Below, one piece after another: positions 9,721 to 19,559 of a DNA stretch of 64,000 nt. Position numbers and translations under genes: made by a program. The DNA lies in the NCBI GenBank assembly GCA_963787835.1, contig CAWBEI010000002.1, positions 1,024,001-1,088,000 of the forward strand, in the 5' to 3' direction. Source of the stretch: Ignavibacteriota bacterium (GTDB lineage: Bacteria > Bacteroidota > Ignavibacteria > Palsa-1295). Positions within the stretch are counted from its first letter, which is position 1. Every line of letters starts with the position of its first letter. The notes below the pieces were generated by a model, which was not told where the DNA came from, ran no database searches, and saw only the letters and a program-made list of their open reading frames with translations.

Positions 9721-10519
9721 TATCTCGGATTCTCAAGTTAATACAAACTCCTTCAAAAGTCACTGTCTCCCCAAAAGGTGACTGAAAACATCCGAAAATA
9801 ATCACATAATATTGCTTTTCCCATGCCTCCAACAACTTACAAACAAGTTGATAAAATCGGTGGATAACTTGGTGGGGAATCTTGAAAGAATGTGGGGAAA
9901 TAATTGCCATATTGGAGAACAATTCTGACCGATTTTTAGTAGATTTGTAGCAAAGAAGAATGACGATCGGGATTCAGGTAGCGCCGATAGCTCGAAAGAG
10001 AGTAAGTACGATCGGAACAGCGGCTCAGGGCATTGAAATTTAGTATGTAGAAAAGTTTTGCGGGATGTTTTTCCTGCATGTCGCCCCGCCAGCCCCTCCG
10101 AACGAGCTATCACACGCTCCAAAGCGATCAATTACCGATAAACAGGTAATCGATACCATCCATCTGCGTCTTATGGCCCCATAAGTAGCGCAGCCTGAAT
10201 TGCCGAAACATGCCCGAGAGGGATTCTTTCTCCGGTGTAGCAGTCAGGTTTCCAGCCCCACGCATCTCAAGGAACCCTTGCCGCCCTACCTGAAAGATAG
10301 AGTTCCGTCTTGACAAAAGAATAATCCATTACGGAAAACCGCCAGCGGATGAGCGATCATCCGCGAACCCCTGAAAATGGGGGTAAGGGCGATTCTCCCT
10401 CAATTTCTGGGAAACCGGAGATTTAAACTGCTTCATTCCTCGGCTTTTATGAGCTGAGCGCACACGATTCCACACAAAAAAGCGTTATCAACTGGCCCCT
10501 TTTTCAGAGGCACATAGCT

Positions 10520-13500
10520 ATGCAAATTACACGCAGATTCACACAGCCAGGGACAACTCCCTACGATCAGTTTCAGTACACGTCGCGCGCGAGCGTGCTC
10601 CGTAATCCCGATGGCAAGCCCATTTTCAATATGGAGGACATCGAGGTGCCGAAGCACTGGTCGCAAGTCGCGACGGATATTCTCGCGCAGAAATATTTCC
10701 GCCGCGCAGGCGTGCCCCAGCACGATACGTTCGGCACGCTCCTTCGCGATAAGGATGGAAATGTTATCACAGGACCAGAGCGCTCGATCAAACAGGTCGC
10801 ACACCGTTTGGCGGGATGCTGGCGCGCTTGGGGCGAAGAGCATGGCTATTTCGATTCGAAAGAAGATGCACAGGCATTCTACGATGAGATCGCCTACATG
10901 ATCCTGCGCCAAATGGCCGCGCCGAACTCGCCTCAATGGTTCAACACCGGAATCGCGTGGGCGTATGGCATTACCGGCACACCGCAAGGCCACTGGTATG
11001 TCGATCCAAAGACGGGCGAGATGATGCGCTCAACTGATGCCTACACCCACCCCCAGCCGCACGCGTGTTTCATTCAGTCCATCAAGGACGATATGCTGAA
11101 CGAAGGCGGCATCTTCGATCTCGTTACGCGCGAAGCACGCATTTTCAAATATGGCTCGGGAACCGGAACGAACTTCAGCGCGCTTCGCGCCGAAGGCGAG
11201 AAAGTTTCGGGCGGCGGAGCGGCTTCAGGCGTGATGAGCTTCCTAAAAATTAACGACCGCGCTGCCGGCGCGGTGAAATCCGGCGGGACGACTCGCCGCG
11301 CCGCAAAGATGGTCATTCTGGATGTCGATCATCCGGATATCGAGACGTTCATCGAATGGAAAGCGCTCGAAGAGCAGAAAGTCGCCGCGCTTGTTGCGGG
11401 ATCGAAAGTGTGCGATCTCTTCCTCAACATGATCATGAAGATCGCCAACGATGGCGGCACCGATCGCAAGGATAATCACGATCTCGACATCGCGATCAAG
11501 AAGGCATTGGCGCGTGGAGTTCCCATGAATTACATCGTGCGCTGTTTGCGAATGGTCGAGATGGGATACGATAAGATCGACTTCAAAACCTTCGACACCC
11601 ATTACGAAGGCGAAGCATATCAGACCGTTTCGGGGCAGAACTCGAATAATTCCGTCCGCGTCACGAATGACTTTATGCACTCGGTTCTCACCGATGGCGA
11701 GTGGACGCTAAAGTTCCGCACCTCCGGCAAGGCAGCCCGGAAGGTGAAAGCGAAAGACCTGTGGGAGAAGATTACATTCTCTGCGTGGGCTTCTGCCGAT
11801 CCCGGTTTGCAATACGATACGACGATCAACGAGTGGCACACCTGCCCGAATGATGGCCGCATCAACGCGAGCAATCCGTGCTCGGAGTATATGTTTTTGG
11901 ATGACACCGCGTGCAATCTTGCATCGCTCAATCTCGCATATTTCTATGATGACGAGACCGGTGCATTCAAGCTCGAGGATTACAAACACGCTGTCCGCTT
12001 ATGGACGATTGTGCTGGAGATTTCCGTGCTGATGGCGCAATTTCCTTCCCGAGCCATCGCGCAGGGTTCCTACGATTACCGCACGCTCGGCCTCGGCTAT
12101 GCAAATCTCGGTACGATCCTTATGACCGCCGGAATCGCGTACGATTCCCCGCGCGCATTAGCCATTGCCGGTGCGCTATCTGCTATTATGACAGGCGAAT
12201 CTTACGCCGCGTCCGCAGAAATGGCGAAAGACCTGGGAGCTTTCCCGCGCTACGAAGCGAACAAGGACGCGATGCTGCGCGTCATGCGGAACCATAAACT
12301 GGCGGCCTATAATGCTTCGCCGGAACGCTACGAACAGCTTACCATCAAGCCGATGGGCATTACGCCGGAGCATTGCCCGGAAGACTTGCTGCAAGCCGCG
12401 CGCGATGCATGGGATCGCGCATACAAGCTCGGCGAAAAACATGGTTACCGCAACGCGCAAACAACCGTCATTGCGCCGACGGGAACCATCGGGCTTGTCA
12501 TGGATTGCGACACCACCGGTATCGAGCCGGATTTTGCGATCGTGAAATTCAAGAAGCTCGCGGGCGGTGGATATTTCAAGATCGTTAATCAATCGGTGCA
12601 TAAGGCGCTGACGAAACTTGGATATTCTGAGAAGCAGATCGAGGAGATCGAAAAATATTCGAAGGGACACGGTACACTCGTCGGCTGCCCGGCGATCAAC
12701 CGCGCATCACTCAAGGCGAAAGGATTTACCGATGAGAAGATCGACGAAGTCGAGAAGCTCTGCGATAACGTGTTCGATCTTAAATTCGCGTTCAACAAAT
12801 GGACGCTTGGCGAGGAGTTCTGCGTGAAGCTCGGCTTTACGCCTTCGCAACTCACGGATGCGAATTTCAATATGCTGCACTCGCTCGGGTTCACGCGCGA
12901 GGAAGTTCAGACGGCGAACGATTACGTCTGCGGCACGATGACGCTCGAAGGCGCGCCGGAACTTAAGGATGAACATCTGCAAATTTTCGATTGCGCCAAC
13001 AAGTGCGGACGCTACGGAACCCGCTTCATTCCCTACGAAGCGCACATCCGCATGATGGCCGCGGCACAGCCATTCATTTCGGGAGCTATTTCAAAGACGA
13101 TCAACATGCCGAACGAGGCTTCGGTCTCGGACGTCTCGAAAGCGTATTTCGATTCCTGGAAATTATGCTTGAAAGCCAACGCGCTCTATCGCGATGGTTC
13201 CAAGCTTTCGCAGCCGCTGAATTCCTCGAACGAGGACGCCGACTTAGCGGAAGAAGTGCTCTTTAACGATGTGGAAGACCCCGCGAACGAGACGATCGAC
13301 GCTGCAAAGCTGCACACACTGCTCGAAGCACAGGCGGCCGTGATGCCGCCGGAACTTCGCCGTCACCGGCTGCCGACGAAGCGCCACGGATTCGTGCGCG
13401 AGGCCGTCGTAGGTGGGCACAAAGTGTATCTCCGCACCGGCGAATATGAAGATGGTTCCTTAGGCGAGATCTTCATTGACATGTACAAAGAAGGCGCGTC

Positions 13501-14068
13501 GTTCAAGGGGTTGGTGAACTGTTTTGCCGTGCTCACCTCGAAGGCACTGCAATACGGCGTGCCGCTCGAAGAGCTGGTAGATACCTTCACATTCACGCGT
13601 TTCGAACCCGCGGGCGCTGTGCAAGGCCACGAAGCGATCAAGAACGCGACGAGCATTCTGGATTACGTCTTCCGCGCCTTAGGCTACGAATATCTTGGCC
13701 GTCAGGATTTCGTGCATGTCAAAGCGGTGGATGAGCCGAAGTTCCCGGCAGTACCCTCTCCCTCTGGGAGAGGGCAGGGTGAGGGAACCCCGGTGGCGAC
13801 AGACGCCATTGCAACACAAACCGTGAGCGAGGACGACAATCTCCAAAAGCTCCGCAACAAGCGCATTGAGGAACCCGAAATGGCCCTCAGCCACTCGCCG
13901 CTCACCACGCTGCCGAAAGGAACCGCGACCCTGCAAAGCCTCCGCAGCGAAGCCCGCAGCAAAGGGTACACCGGCGAGCAATGCTCCGCCTGCGGCTCCA
14001 TGCGCGTAAAGCGGAACGGCGCCTGCACCGTCTGCGACGATTGCGGAACGACGAGCGGGTGTAGCTAA
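10520..14068 (+). CDS. nrdJ: Adenosylcobalamin-dependent (class II) ribonucleotide reductase
   Basis: [39 protein letters not shown]-like region and C-terminal CxxC...[11 protein letters not shown]. Confidence 0.96.
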   Translation: MQITRRFTQPGTTPYDQFQYTSRASVLRNPDGKPIFNMEDIEVPKHWSQVATDILAQKYFRRAGVPQHDTFGTLLRDKDGNVITGPERSIKQVAHRLAGCWRAWGEEHGYFDSKEDAQAFYDEIAYMILRQMAAPNSPQWFNTGIAWAYGITGTPQGHWYVDPKTGEMMRSTDAYTHPQPHACFIQSIKDDMLNEGGIFDLVTREARIFKYGSGTGTNFSALRAEGEKVSGGGAASGVMSFLKINDRAAGAVKSGGTTRRAAKMVILDVDHPDIETFIEWKALEEQKVAALVAGSKVCDLFLNMIMKIANDGGTDRKDNHDLDIAIKKALARGVPMNYIVRCLRMVEMGYDKIDFKTFDTHYEGEAYQTVSGQNSNNSVRVTNDFMHSVLTDGEWTLKFRTSGKAARKVKAKDLWEKITFSAWASADPGLQYDTTINEWHTCPNDGRINASNPCSEYMFLDDTACNLASLNLAYFYDDETGAFKLEDYKHAVRLWTIVLEISVLMAQFPSRAIAQGSYDYRTLGLGYANLGTILMTAGIAYDSPRALAIAGALSAIMTGESYAASAEMAKDLGAFPRYEANKDAMLRVMRNHKLAAYNASPERYEQLTIKPMGITPEHCPEDLLQAARDAWDRAYKLGEKHGYRNAQTTVIAPTGTIGLVMDCDTTGIEPDFAIVKFKKLAGGGYFKIVNQSVHKALTKLGYSEKQIEEIEKYSKGHGTLVGCPAINRASLKAKGFTDEKIDEVEKLCDNVFDLKFAFNKWTLGEEFCVKLGFTPSQLTDANFNMLHSLGFTREEVQTANDYVCGTMTLEGAPELKDEHLQIFDCANKCGRYGTRFIPYEAHIRMMAAAQPFISGAISKTINMPNEASVSDVSKAYFDSWKLCLKANALYRDGSKLSQPLNSSNEDADLAEEVLFNDVEDPANETIDAAKLHTLLEAQAAVMPPELRRHRLPTKRHGFVREAVVGGHKVYLRTGEYEDGSLGEIFIDMYKEGASFKGLVNCFAVLTSKALQYGVPLEELVDTFTFTRFEPAGAVQGHEAIKNATSILDYVFRALGYEYLGRQDFVHVKAVDEPKFPAVPSPSGRGQGEGTPVATDAIATQTVSEDDNLQKLRNKRIEEPEMALSHSPLTTLPKGTATLQSLRSEARSKGYTGEQCSACGSMRVKRNGACTVCDDCGTTSGCS
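13754..13785. repeat. BoxC/REP-like palindrome in frame within nrdJ
   Basis: ccctctccc tct gggagaggg cagggtgaggg, read as [11 protein letters not shown]. Confidence 0.7.
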
Positions 14069-14074
14069 CATTAA

Positions 14075-14485
14075 ATGGCTATACCGCGGGTCGTTATCGA
14101 TACGAACGTACTCGTTTCGGCGTTACGCTCGAAACGAGGGGCTTCTTATCGATTAATCCAGCAATGCGGACGAGGACAATTCGAGCACGTTTTATCAATT
14201 CCATTATCATTTGAATATGAAGCAGCGTGCCGGTTTTGTATCCCTAATGCGTTCGAGGCAGAGGAGTTTCTCATCTATCTCATCGACACTGCAAATCTCG
14301 CTTTTAACGATTTCGGCGTGAGACCTTATTTACCGGATCCAAAGGACGAAATGGTCCTTGAAGCAGCGGTGAACGGGCATGCAAAGCGGATCGTTACCTT
14401 CAACAGAAGGCATTTCGTCGGCAGTGAGCAGTATGGAATTTCCGTGCTCAGCCCAGGCGAATTTTTGACATCAATTGGATTGTAA
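14075..14485 (+). CDS. PIN-domain toxin (type II TA)
   Basis: VVIDTNVLVS, DPKDEMVLEAA, IVTFN. Confidence 0.9.
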   Translation: MAIPRVVIDTNVLVSALRSKRGASYRLIQQCGRGQFEHVLSIPLSFEYEAACRFCIPNAFEAEEFLIYLIDTANLAFNDFGVRPYLPDPKDEMVLEAAVNGHAKRIVTFNRRHFVGSEQYGISVLSPGEFLTSIGL

Positions 14486-14489
14486 GGAT

Positions 14490-14801
14490 ATGAACACGAT
14501 TCAGGTACGAACAGAAATTTATTCGAAGCTAAAAGAATACGCGGAACTACAAAAGATCCCCGTCGAATCGTTTGTGGAAGCGTCGCTGGCCGATCGAATC
14601 GCTCAGTTAGATGAATGGGAACGGTTGAAGAAGCGATTACCGAAACCCTCCCGCGAGGCATTCAACCGAATCCTTGCGAAAGTTCCAGACCGTCCGCCGT
14701 TTCCCGGTGATGAATGGCCGCCAAAGAAAACCGCAACCCGCCGCGCCGCGCCAAAAGCTCGCCGCGCTCCCGCGAAAAGAACGCGGAAGGTGGCGGCATG
14801 A
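14490..14801 (+). CDS. Putative cognate antitoxin
   Basis: Small ORF 4 nt after the PIN gene; N-terminal RHH-like segment; ILAKVPDRPPFPGDE motif. Confidence 0.75.
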   Translation: MNTIQVRTEIYSKLKEYAELQKIPVESFVEASLADRIAQLDEWERLKKRLPKPSREAFNRILAKVPDRPPFPGDEWPPKKTATRRAAPKARRAPAKRTRKVAA

Positions 14802-14851
14802 AGATGAACCGCTCCTGCGACGATTGCGGCACGACGAGCGGGTGCTCGTAA
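14798..14851 (+). repeat. Second copy of the nrdJ 3' end (direct repeat of 14032-14068)
   Basis: ctgcgacgattgcggcacgacgagcgggtgctcgtaa vs ctgcgacgattgcggaacgacgagcgggtgtagctaa; both encode [11 protein letters not shown]. Confidence 0.9.
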
Positions 14852-14877
14852 GCAGGCGACCTTTTAGGATTATACCG

Positions 14878-14908
14878 AAGAGGCCGCCGAAAGGTGGCCT
14901 CTTTATTT
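14878..14908 (+). terminator. Rho-independent terminator
   Basis: aagaggccgcc GAAA ggtggcctctt tattt. Confidence 0.8.
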
Positions 14909-14929
14909 AATAGCGATTAAACATGAAAA

Positions 14930-17659
14930 ATGGTCGAAGTTTCTGAACATATAAGCAGTCGCCAAAGGCAAGACGAGTTTCCTAAGCCCGTTCGAGACAT
15001 GGTAGCTCGGAGAGCTGCTTACCTATGTTCAAATCCACAATGCCCCTCACCAAGAACGATCGGCCCTACCGAAGAGCCCACGGGAAGTATCACACTTGGT
15101 GACGCATGTCATATTAAAGCAAAAGCATCAGGAGGCCCTAGATACGACCCAAGCCAGAGCAGCGAAGAACGCAAGTCTCTATCAAATGCTATTTGGCTGT
15201 GCAAGAAATGCGCTACTCTAATTGATCGAGACGTCACAGCTTATCCCGTAGAGTTATTATATGAATGGAGGCGCGCGCACGAACAAAAGTGTAAAGAAGC
15301 ACTTACGTCCGCGGATGCAGGGCTTCAAAAACTACAGGCCGCTGCCCTGCCCGAGTACCTCGAGGAGGTTAGGAAAGTCGTCAGAGAAGAACTACAGACC
15401 TACAATATCCAAGTTGTCAGCGATCACGAGAAACGCTCAACCCGCAGGCCAATTTCTGTAAGCGAAGCCTTCCGGCTTTACACTGACGATGTGCGAGGCG
15501 GAGCTTGGATTAAAGCAGGAAGATTCCTACTTTCAGTCTTAATCCAGATGTACGACTCAGATGAAAACTTCGGCGATGCAAACGTTCTGTGGTTCTTCGC
15601 CATAGACGCGGCCATGCCACTATCACTCCGACTTGTAATTAGATCTTACCAAATAGGGCTCAGACATCGATACAACCTAGATTATTCCTCTCATATTCAG
15701 GACCTCAACGTTCAGCTCGAATCGATGGATGAGAGCCATGCGTGGGCCATACCTGCATGTTTATTGATTGGATCACCATCGGCTGTGCAGTCTCTCGCTG
15801 TATTACATAACGTGCTCCCGTTTTTAGATGACAGGTCTATCTGGAGACCTGTATCGGAAACGAGCGATAGTTTTTTGCCGGAAGTTCTTACATTGCTACA
15901 CGCCGATCGCATATCAAGTTTTCATGAGTTCGAGGAATGGCTCAATGCATTCGCAAAACTCCCTGAAGACCTGATTGACAAAACCAACGCATCTGCGATC
16001 TTTCGTATTACTATGTTGTGGCTTATCGATCGGCTTTGGTTGCGCGAATATGATAAATCTAATTCGAAAGATGCATGGGAACACATTTGTGATTTTCTCG
16101 ATGTGTCTGCAAAAATGATGAGTATACTAAATGCTCACGCAATTAGCGCGGCAATAGCACACGCTTTAATTATAATCCAGGCCGATTTTCTTGAAAATCT
16201 TTCAGCCGCCGAAGACTCAGCCGAACGATTCTTATCCGTCCTAGAGGTTGACAGCGAAGGTTCCTTCCTCGTCGCTGAGTCGATATGTCGGCAATACTTG
16301 TATGCGAATGACGATCAGAATGTTGCGCGATGGTATTCAATTGCTCGTTCGCACCCAACTTCTGTTTATGAAGAACAATTTGTAAAACTCTTGGTCAGTA
16401 TAGCTGGCAGAACCGAAGTAACGCGCCAAGAAGCACTCGGCTTAATCAGTGAAGCGGAGGCTGTTTCATCAATTTCTATTTATCTCAAAGAATCAGCTAA
16501 GATAAAAATCACCGGCGAGTTAAGCTCGGCTTTATGGCTCACCGGACAAAAGACTGACGCGCTTCATGTTCTTTATCTTGGTTTTCAGCGAGCATTGCAA
16601 CTCGAAGATCGCGGCGATGAAGAAAAAGACTGCATCGTCGCATTTCTGCAAGTCATAAATGCGTTTACCGCACAGGAGCTTACAAAAGATATTATTCCTT
16701 CTGGTAACCGGCTTATTGGGCACTTTGTCAAATATGACGGGAGCCGAATCGATCTCTATAACGAAGCTCTAATATTTTACACGAAGTGGCAGTTCGGGAC
16801 TATTTTAACTCTTCTTGGGAACGAAAACGATGGCATTGCGCTTTTGAAAGATGCGAGTGATTCCGTTACTCCAATAGGAAATGTGGCCGCATATTTGCTT
16901 GCAATGTCCGTCGCTGCTATTTCAATGGCTGACGGTGACGTTGTTCGTGCAATTTTGTATTCTGAGAAAATGAAGGAGGCGTCAAGGGTTCTCGATCCCA
17001 ATGTCCTTCCGGGTGCGGTACCAGAGAACCTCGACGAAATGAGAAAAGCATGCGAGGACGGCGCACGGGGCATATTATTCATTTTTTGGATTTTAAGTTT
17101 ATTTCGCATTTCGGTAAAAAATCCGTCTGCTATTCCAGTTTTTTTTGAGAGCACCATACACAAACTCTACTCTAGCCTTGATAGAGATGAGATCCAATGC
17201 GCAAATTATGCGGCACTGAAGTTATTAGGTAAAGAAATGTTTCCGTCGTCTGTCTCCGAACAACCGTCCCGTAAATGCGCGGAGATTTTCATGGCAATAG
17301 ACTTCTTTACCAGCATCCTTGACCCTGCAAAATCCCTTTTGCATCGATATAATGCTCTCATTTGGTTTGCGCAGTGGACGGAATTTAATCTCGGGGGGCA
17401 GGCGCTTCCGGCAGGCTATCTAATGGAACTGCCAGTGCTAGAATACTGGAGACGTGAAGTCCTGGAGCGGGGTTTCTCATTTCCGAGCGTGCGATTGCTA
17501 CGAGAAGAATTTGGGAAAATCGATGAATTGCCTCATCATCTTAAGATAAAGTTTTTACTTCGTGCGCTGGCGCTTTCGTTTGGTAATCCGATAGCCGATC
17601 ACTTAGTGAAGTGGCTTTGGGAGGATACTAATCCTCATCATACTACAGAATCTAACTAG
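14930..17659 (+). CDS. N-terminal HNH endonuclease fused to a long alpha-helical (TPR-like) region; putative defence protein
   Basis: CSNPQC...ACHIKAKASGGPRY...NAIWLCKKCATLID; the remainder is helical with no P-loop; AT-richer than its neighbours. Confidence 0.75.
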   Translation: MVEVSEHISSRQRQDEFPKPVRDMVARRAAYLCSNPQCPSPRTIGPTEEPTGSITLGDACHIKAKASGGPRYDPSQSSEERKSLSNAIWLCKKCATLIDRDVTAYPVELLYEWRRAHEQKCKEALTSADAGLQKLQAAALPEYLEEVRKVVREELQTYNIQVVSDHEKRSTRRPISVSEAFRLYTDDVRGGAWIKAGRFLLSVLIQMYDSDENFGDANVLWFFAIDAAMPLSLRLVIRSYQIGLRHRYNLDYSSHIQDLNVQLESMDESHAWAIPACLLIGSPSAVQSLAVLHNVLPFLDDRSIWRPVSETSDSFLPEVLTLLHADRISSFHEFEEWLNAFAKLPEDLIDKTNASAIFRITMLWLIDRLWLREYDKSNSKDAWEHICDFLDVSAKMMSILNAHAISAAIAHALIIIQADFLENLSAAEDSAERFLSVLEVDSEGSFLVAESICRQYLYANDDQNVARWYSIARSHPTSVYEEQFVKLLVSIAGRTEVTRQEALGLISEAEAVSSISIYLKESAKIKITGELSSALWLTGQKTDALHVLYLGFQRALQLEDRGDEEKDCIVAFLQVINAFTAQELTKDIIPSGNRLIGHFVKYDGSRIDLYNEALIFYTKWQFGTILTLLGNENDGIALLKDASDSVTPIGNVAAYLLAMSVAAISMADGDVVRAILYSEKMKEASRVLDPNVLPGAVPENLDEMRKACEDGARGILFIFWILSLFRISVKNPSAIPVFFESTIHKLYSSLDRDEIQCANYAALKLLGKEMFPSSVSEQPSRKCAEIFMAIDFFTSILDPAKSLLHRYNALIWFAQWTEFNLGGQALPAGYLMELPVLEYWRREVLERGFSFPSVRLLREEFGKIDELPHHLKIKFLLRALALSFGNPIADHLVKWLWEDTNPHHTTESN

Positions 17660-17677
17660 AACTGGCAGGCTTACATA

Positions 17678-18253
17678 ATGCGACCTCTTCGGTATTCCAT
17701 CAACGTCACCCTGGATGGGTGCTGCGATCATCGTGAAGTGATCGCGGATGAAGAGCTGCACCGGCACGCAGCGGAAACGCTCGCGCAGGCCGATACGCTG
17801 CTCTTTGGCCGTGTGACGTACGAAATGATGGAAGCCGCGTGGCGTCTCCCCCCTCTGTCCCCCCGCAAGCGGGGGGATGAAGAGGAAGCGTGGAGGCAAC
17901 CCTGGATGGAACCGTTCGCACGCCAGATCGACGCGGCAAAGAAGTATGTGGTGTCGAGCACGCTCACGCACGTCGATTGGAACGCGGAGCTGGTGCGCGG
18001 GGATCTGGGGAATTTTGTTCGGGAACTGAAGCAGCAGCCGGGTAAGGGATTGCTGACGGGAGGCGTGAAGCTCCCGCTCAAGCTCGCGGAACTTGGACTC
18101 ATCGATGAGTATGAGTTCGTGGTGCATCCCCGAATCGCGGGCCACGGCCCGACGCTCTTCGCAGGGCTGACGAAACGTATCGACTTGCGGCTCGTGAGCC
18201 GGCTGGAGTATGCCTCCGGAGCAGTGGCGCTGTGGTATGTGCCGAGGAGGTAG
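17678..18253 (+). CDS. Dihydrofolate reductase-like (RibD C-terminal) family protein
   Basis: NVTLDG, LLFGRVTYEMM, KYVVSSTL, LIDEYEFVVHP.IAG.G. Confidence 0.9.
   Translation: MRPLRYSINVTLDGCCDHREVIADEELHRHAAETLAQADTLLFGRVTYEMMEAAWRLPPLSPRKRGDEEEAWRQPWMEPFARQIDAAKKYVVSSTLTHVDWNAELVRGDLGNFVRELKQQPGKGLLTGGVKLPLKLAELGLIDEYEFVVHPRIAGHGPTLFAGLTKRIDLRLVSRLEYASGAVALWYVPRR
17846..17885. repeat. GC-rich palindromic element in frame within the DHFR-like gene
   Basis: ctcccccctctg tccccccgc aa gcgggggga tgaagagg. Confidence 0.7.
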
Positions 18254-18294
18254 GCGCCCGTGCAGTCAGCGCGACTAAATCTTAATGCGAGCGC

Positions 18295-19017
18295 TTAGGG
18301 AATGACGATCGGATACGCGTTGGAACTCGGACCAACGTTTGCGAGCACTTCGTGATTATTAGAGTCTAAATATCGTATTGTATTAGAGGCTGCGCAGGCC
18401 GTAATATATATGGTTTGGCCATGGTGGAGATTCAAATTGCCAATATACGTCGGATCATTCGCAACCCAATCGTTACCAAGGCTCCCATAAATCTCACTCG
18501 GATCCGAGAGATGAACCCCGGTTGAAGGGATATTCGGTAGCGTATCGATAAAAATGAACACCCGCGAGGAACTCGCCGTCACAGCCGGGAGAACCTCTGT
18601 GGAATCCGAACAGAACACTTTCTCGACATGAACGATACTATCTGGGGCCGTTGTCAATACAACGAATCCAGTCGGGAACCATGAGTAGGAATAGGTGGAA
18701 TCTAAATCACCCTCGTCCTCTGGGAAGGAGATGGTTCCAAATCCTGGTTTCGACACAACGACATGGTAATTATATGGATATGGAGGCGCATTCGGAATAG
18801 TCCAGTGGCCGAGTGCATCGGCATTGACTGAGATGTTCGCCTCTGGAATGGTCACCGTGATCCCGGAATAAGGTGGCGGAATGGGATTCCCTGTCGAATC
18901 TTCGAGCTGTACTCGGCCATACCGCGTAAGAGAAGTACTGGCAGGATTTCCCGGGTTCGTGCAAGAGCCGAGAATAACAGAAATTGACAAGACCAGGAAT
19001 GCAATGATGTGTTTCAT
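18295..19017 (-). CDS. Putative lipoprotein with carboxypeptidase-regulatory-like beta-sandwich
   Basis: Lipobox LGSC; G.V.LED...GITVTI...ADALGHWTI...VVVSKPGF. Confidence 0.7.
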   Translation of the reverse strand: MKHIIAFLVLSISVILGSCTNPGNPASTSLTRYGRVQLEDSTGNPIPPPYSGITVTIPEANISVNADALGHWTIPNAPPYPYNYHVVVSKPGFGTISFPEDEGDLDSTYSYSWFPTGFVVLTTAPDSIVHVEKVFCSDSTEVLPAVTASSSRVFIFIDTLPNIPSTGVHLSDPSEIYGSLGNDWVANDPTYIGNLNLHHGQTIYITACAASNTIRYLDSNNHEVLANVGPSSNAYPIVIP

Positions 19018-19117
19018 AGCTTGGAAATGAACAAGATTCGTTATCTCGAAAGTGCCGCACGATTGCAGCGGTGCGTTCGGTGCGGAATGATTCGCGTTTT
19101 CTTTGGCTTAGATAAGT

Positions 19118-19369
19118 ATGACTTACAGCGTACTCTATGAGAAGATCCTTGAGCCGGGATTTGAAGGCTATTATTACGCGCATATCCCGGCGTTCGACCT
19201 GACTACGCACGGCCTGGGCGTCGATGGTGCTCGCGCGGCAGCCGAGGATCTGGTGCGGGGATGGATCGCAGTAAAGCTCGAACATGGCGAGCATATCCCT
19301 CCGCCTGACGATGCTCTTCACGGGACCATAGATATTGAAGTCGCTTCCGATGCCCTACAAGCCGCGTGA
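19118..19369 (+). CDS. hicB: HicB-family antitoxin (short)
   Basis: YYAHIPAFDLTTHG...ARAAAEDL...GEHIP. Confidence 0.85.
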   Translation: MTYSVLYEKILEPGFEGYYYAHIPAFDLTTHGLGVDGARAAAEDLVRGWIAVKLEHGEHIPPPDDALHGTIDIEVASDALQAA

Positions 19370-19559
19370 AGTCCTGGCGAGGCTCCAACGTGCCGGGTTC
19401 GAAGTAGAACGTCACAAAGGATCGTCCCACTGCTATTTACGTCATCCAGATGGCCGGCAAACGATGGTCGCCATGCACACGAAAGACGTTCCCGGTGGCA
19501 CTTTCCGCAGTATTCTAAAGCAATCAGGACTGACGCTTGAAGAATTCCGGAAGTTGTAA
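19350..19559 (+). CDS. hicA: HicA-family toxin
   Basis: LQRAGF..RHKGSSH..LRHPDGR...VAMH.KDV..GT..SILKQSGL. Confidence 0.9.
   Translation: MPYKPREVLARLQRAGFEVERHKGSSHCYLRHPDGRQTMVAMHTKDVPGGTFRSILKQSGLTLEEFRKL

Noticed and set aside
9721-10519. Cobalamin riboswitch, RNase P, tmRNA, 6S or small ORFs in the gap
   Set aside because: No diagnostic conserved motifs recognised; the minus-strand ORFs look non-coding. Kept only as an unknown structured leader.
10520-14068. Intein or intron in the long nrdJ
   Set aside because: Continuous RNR motifs; no splice-junction (C...HN) or LAGLIDADG motifs seen.
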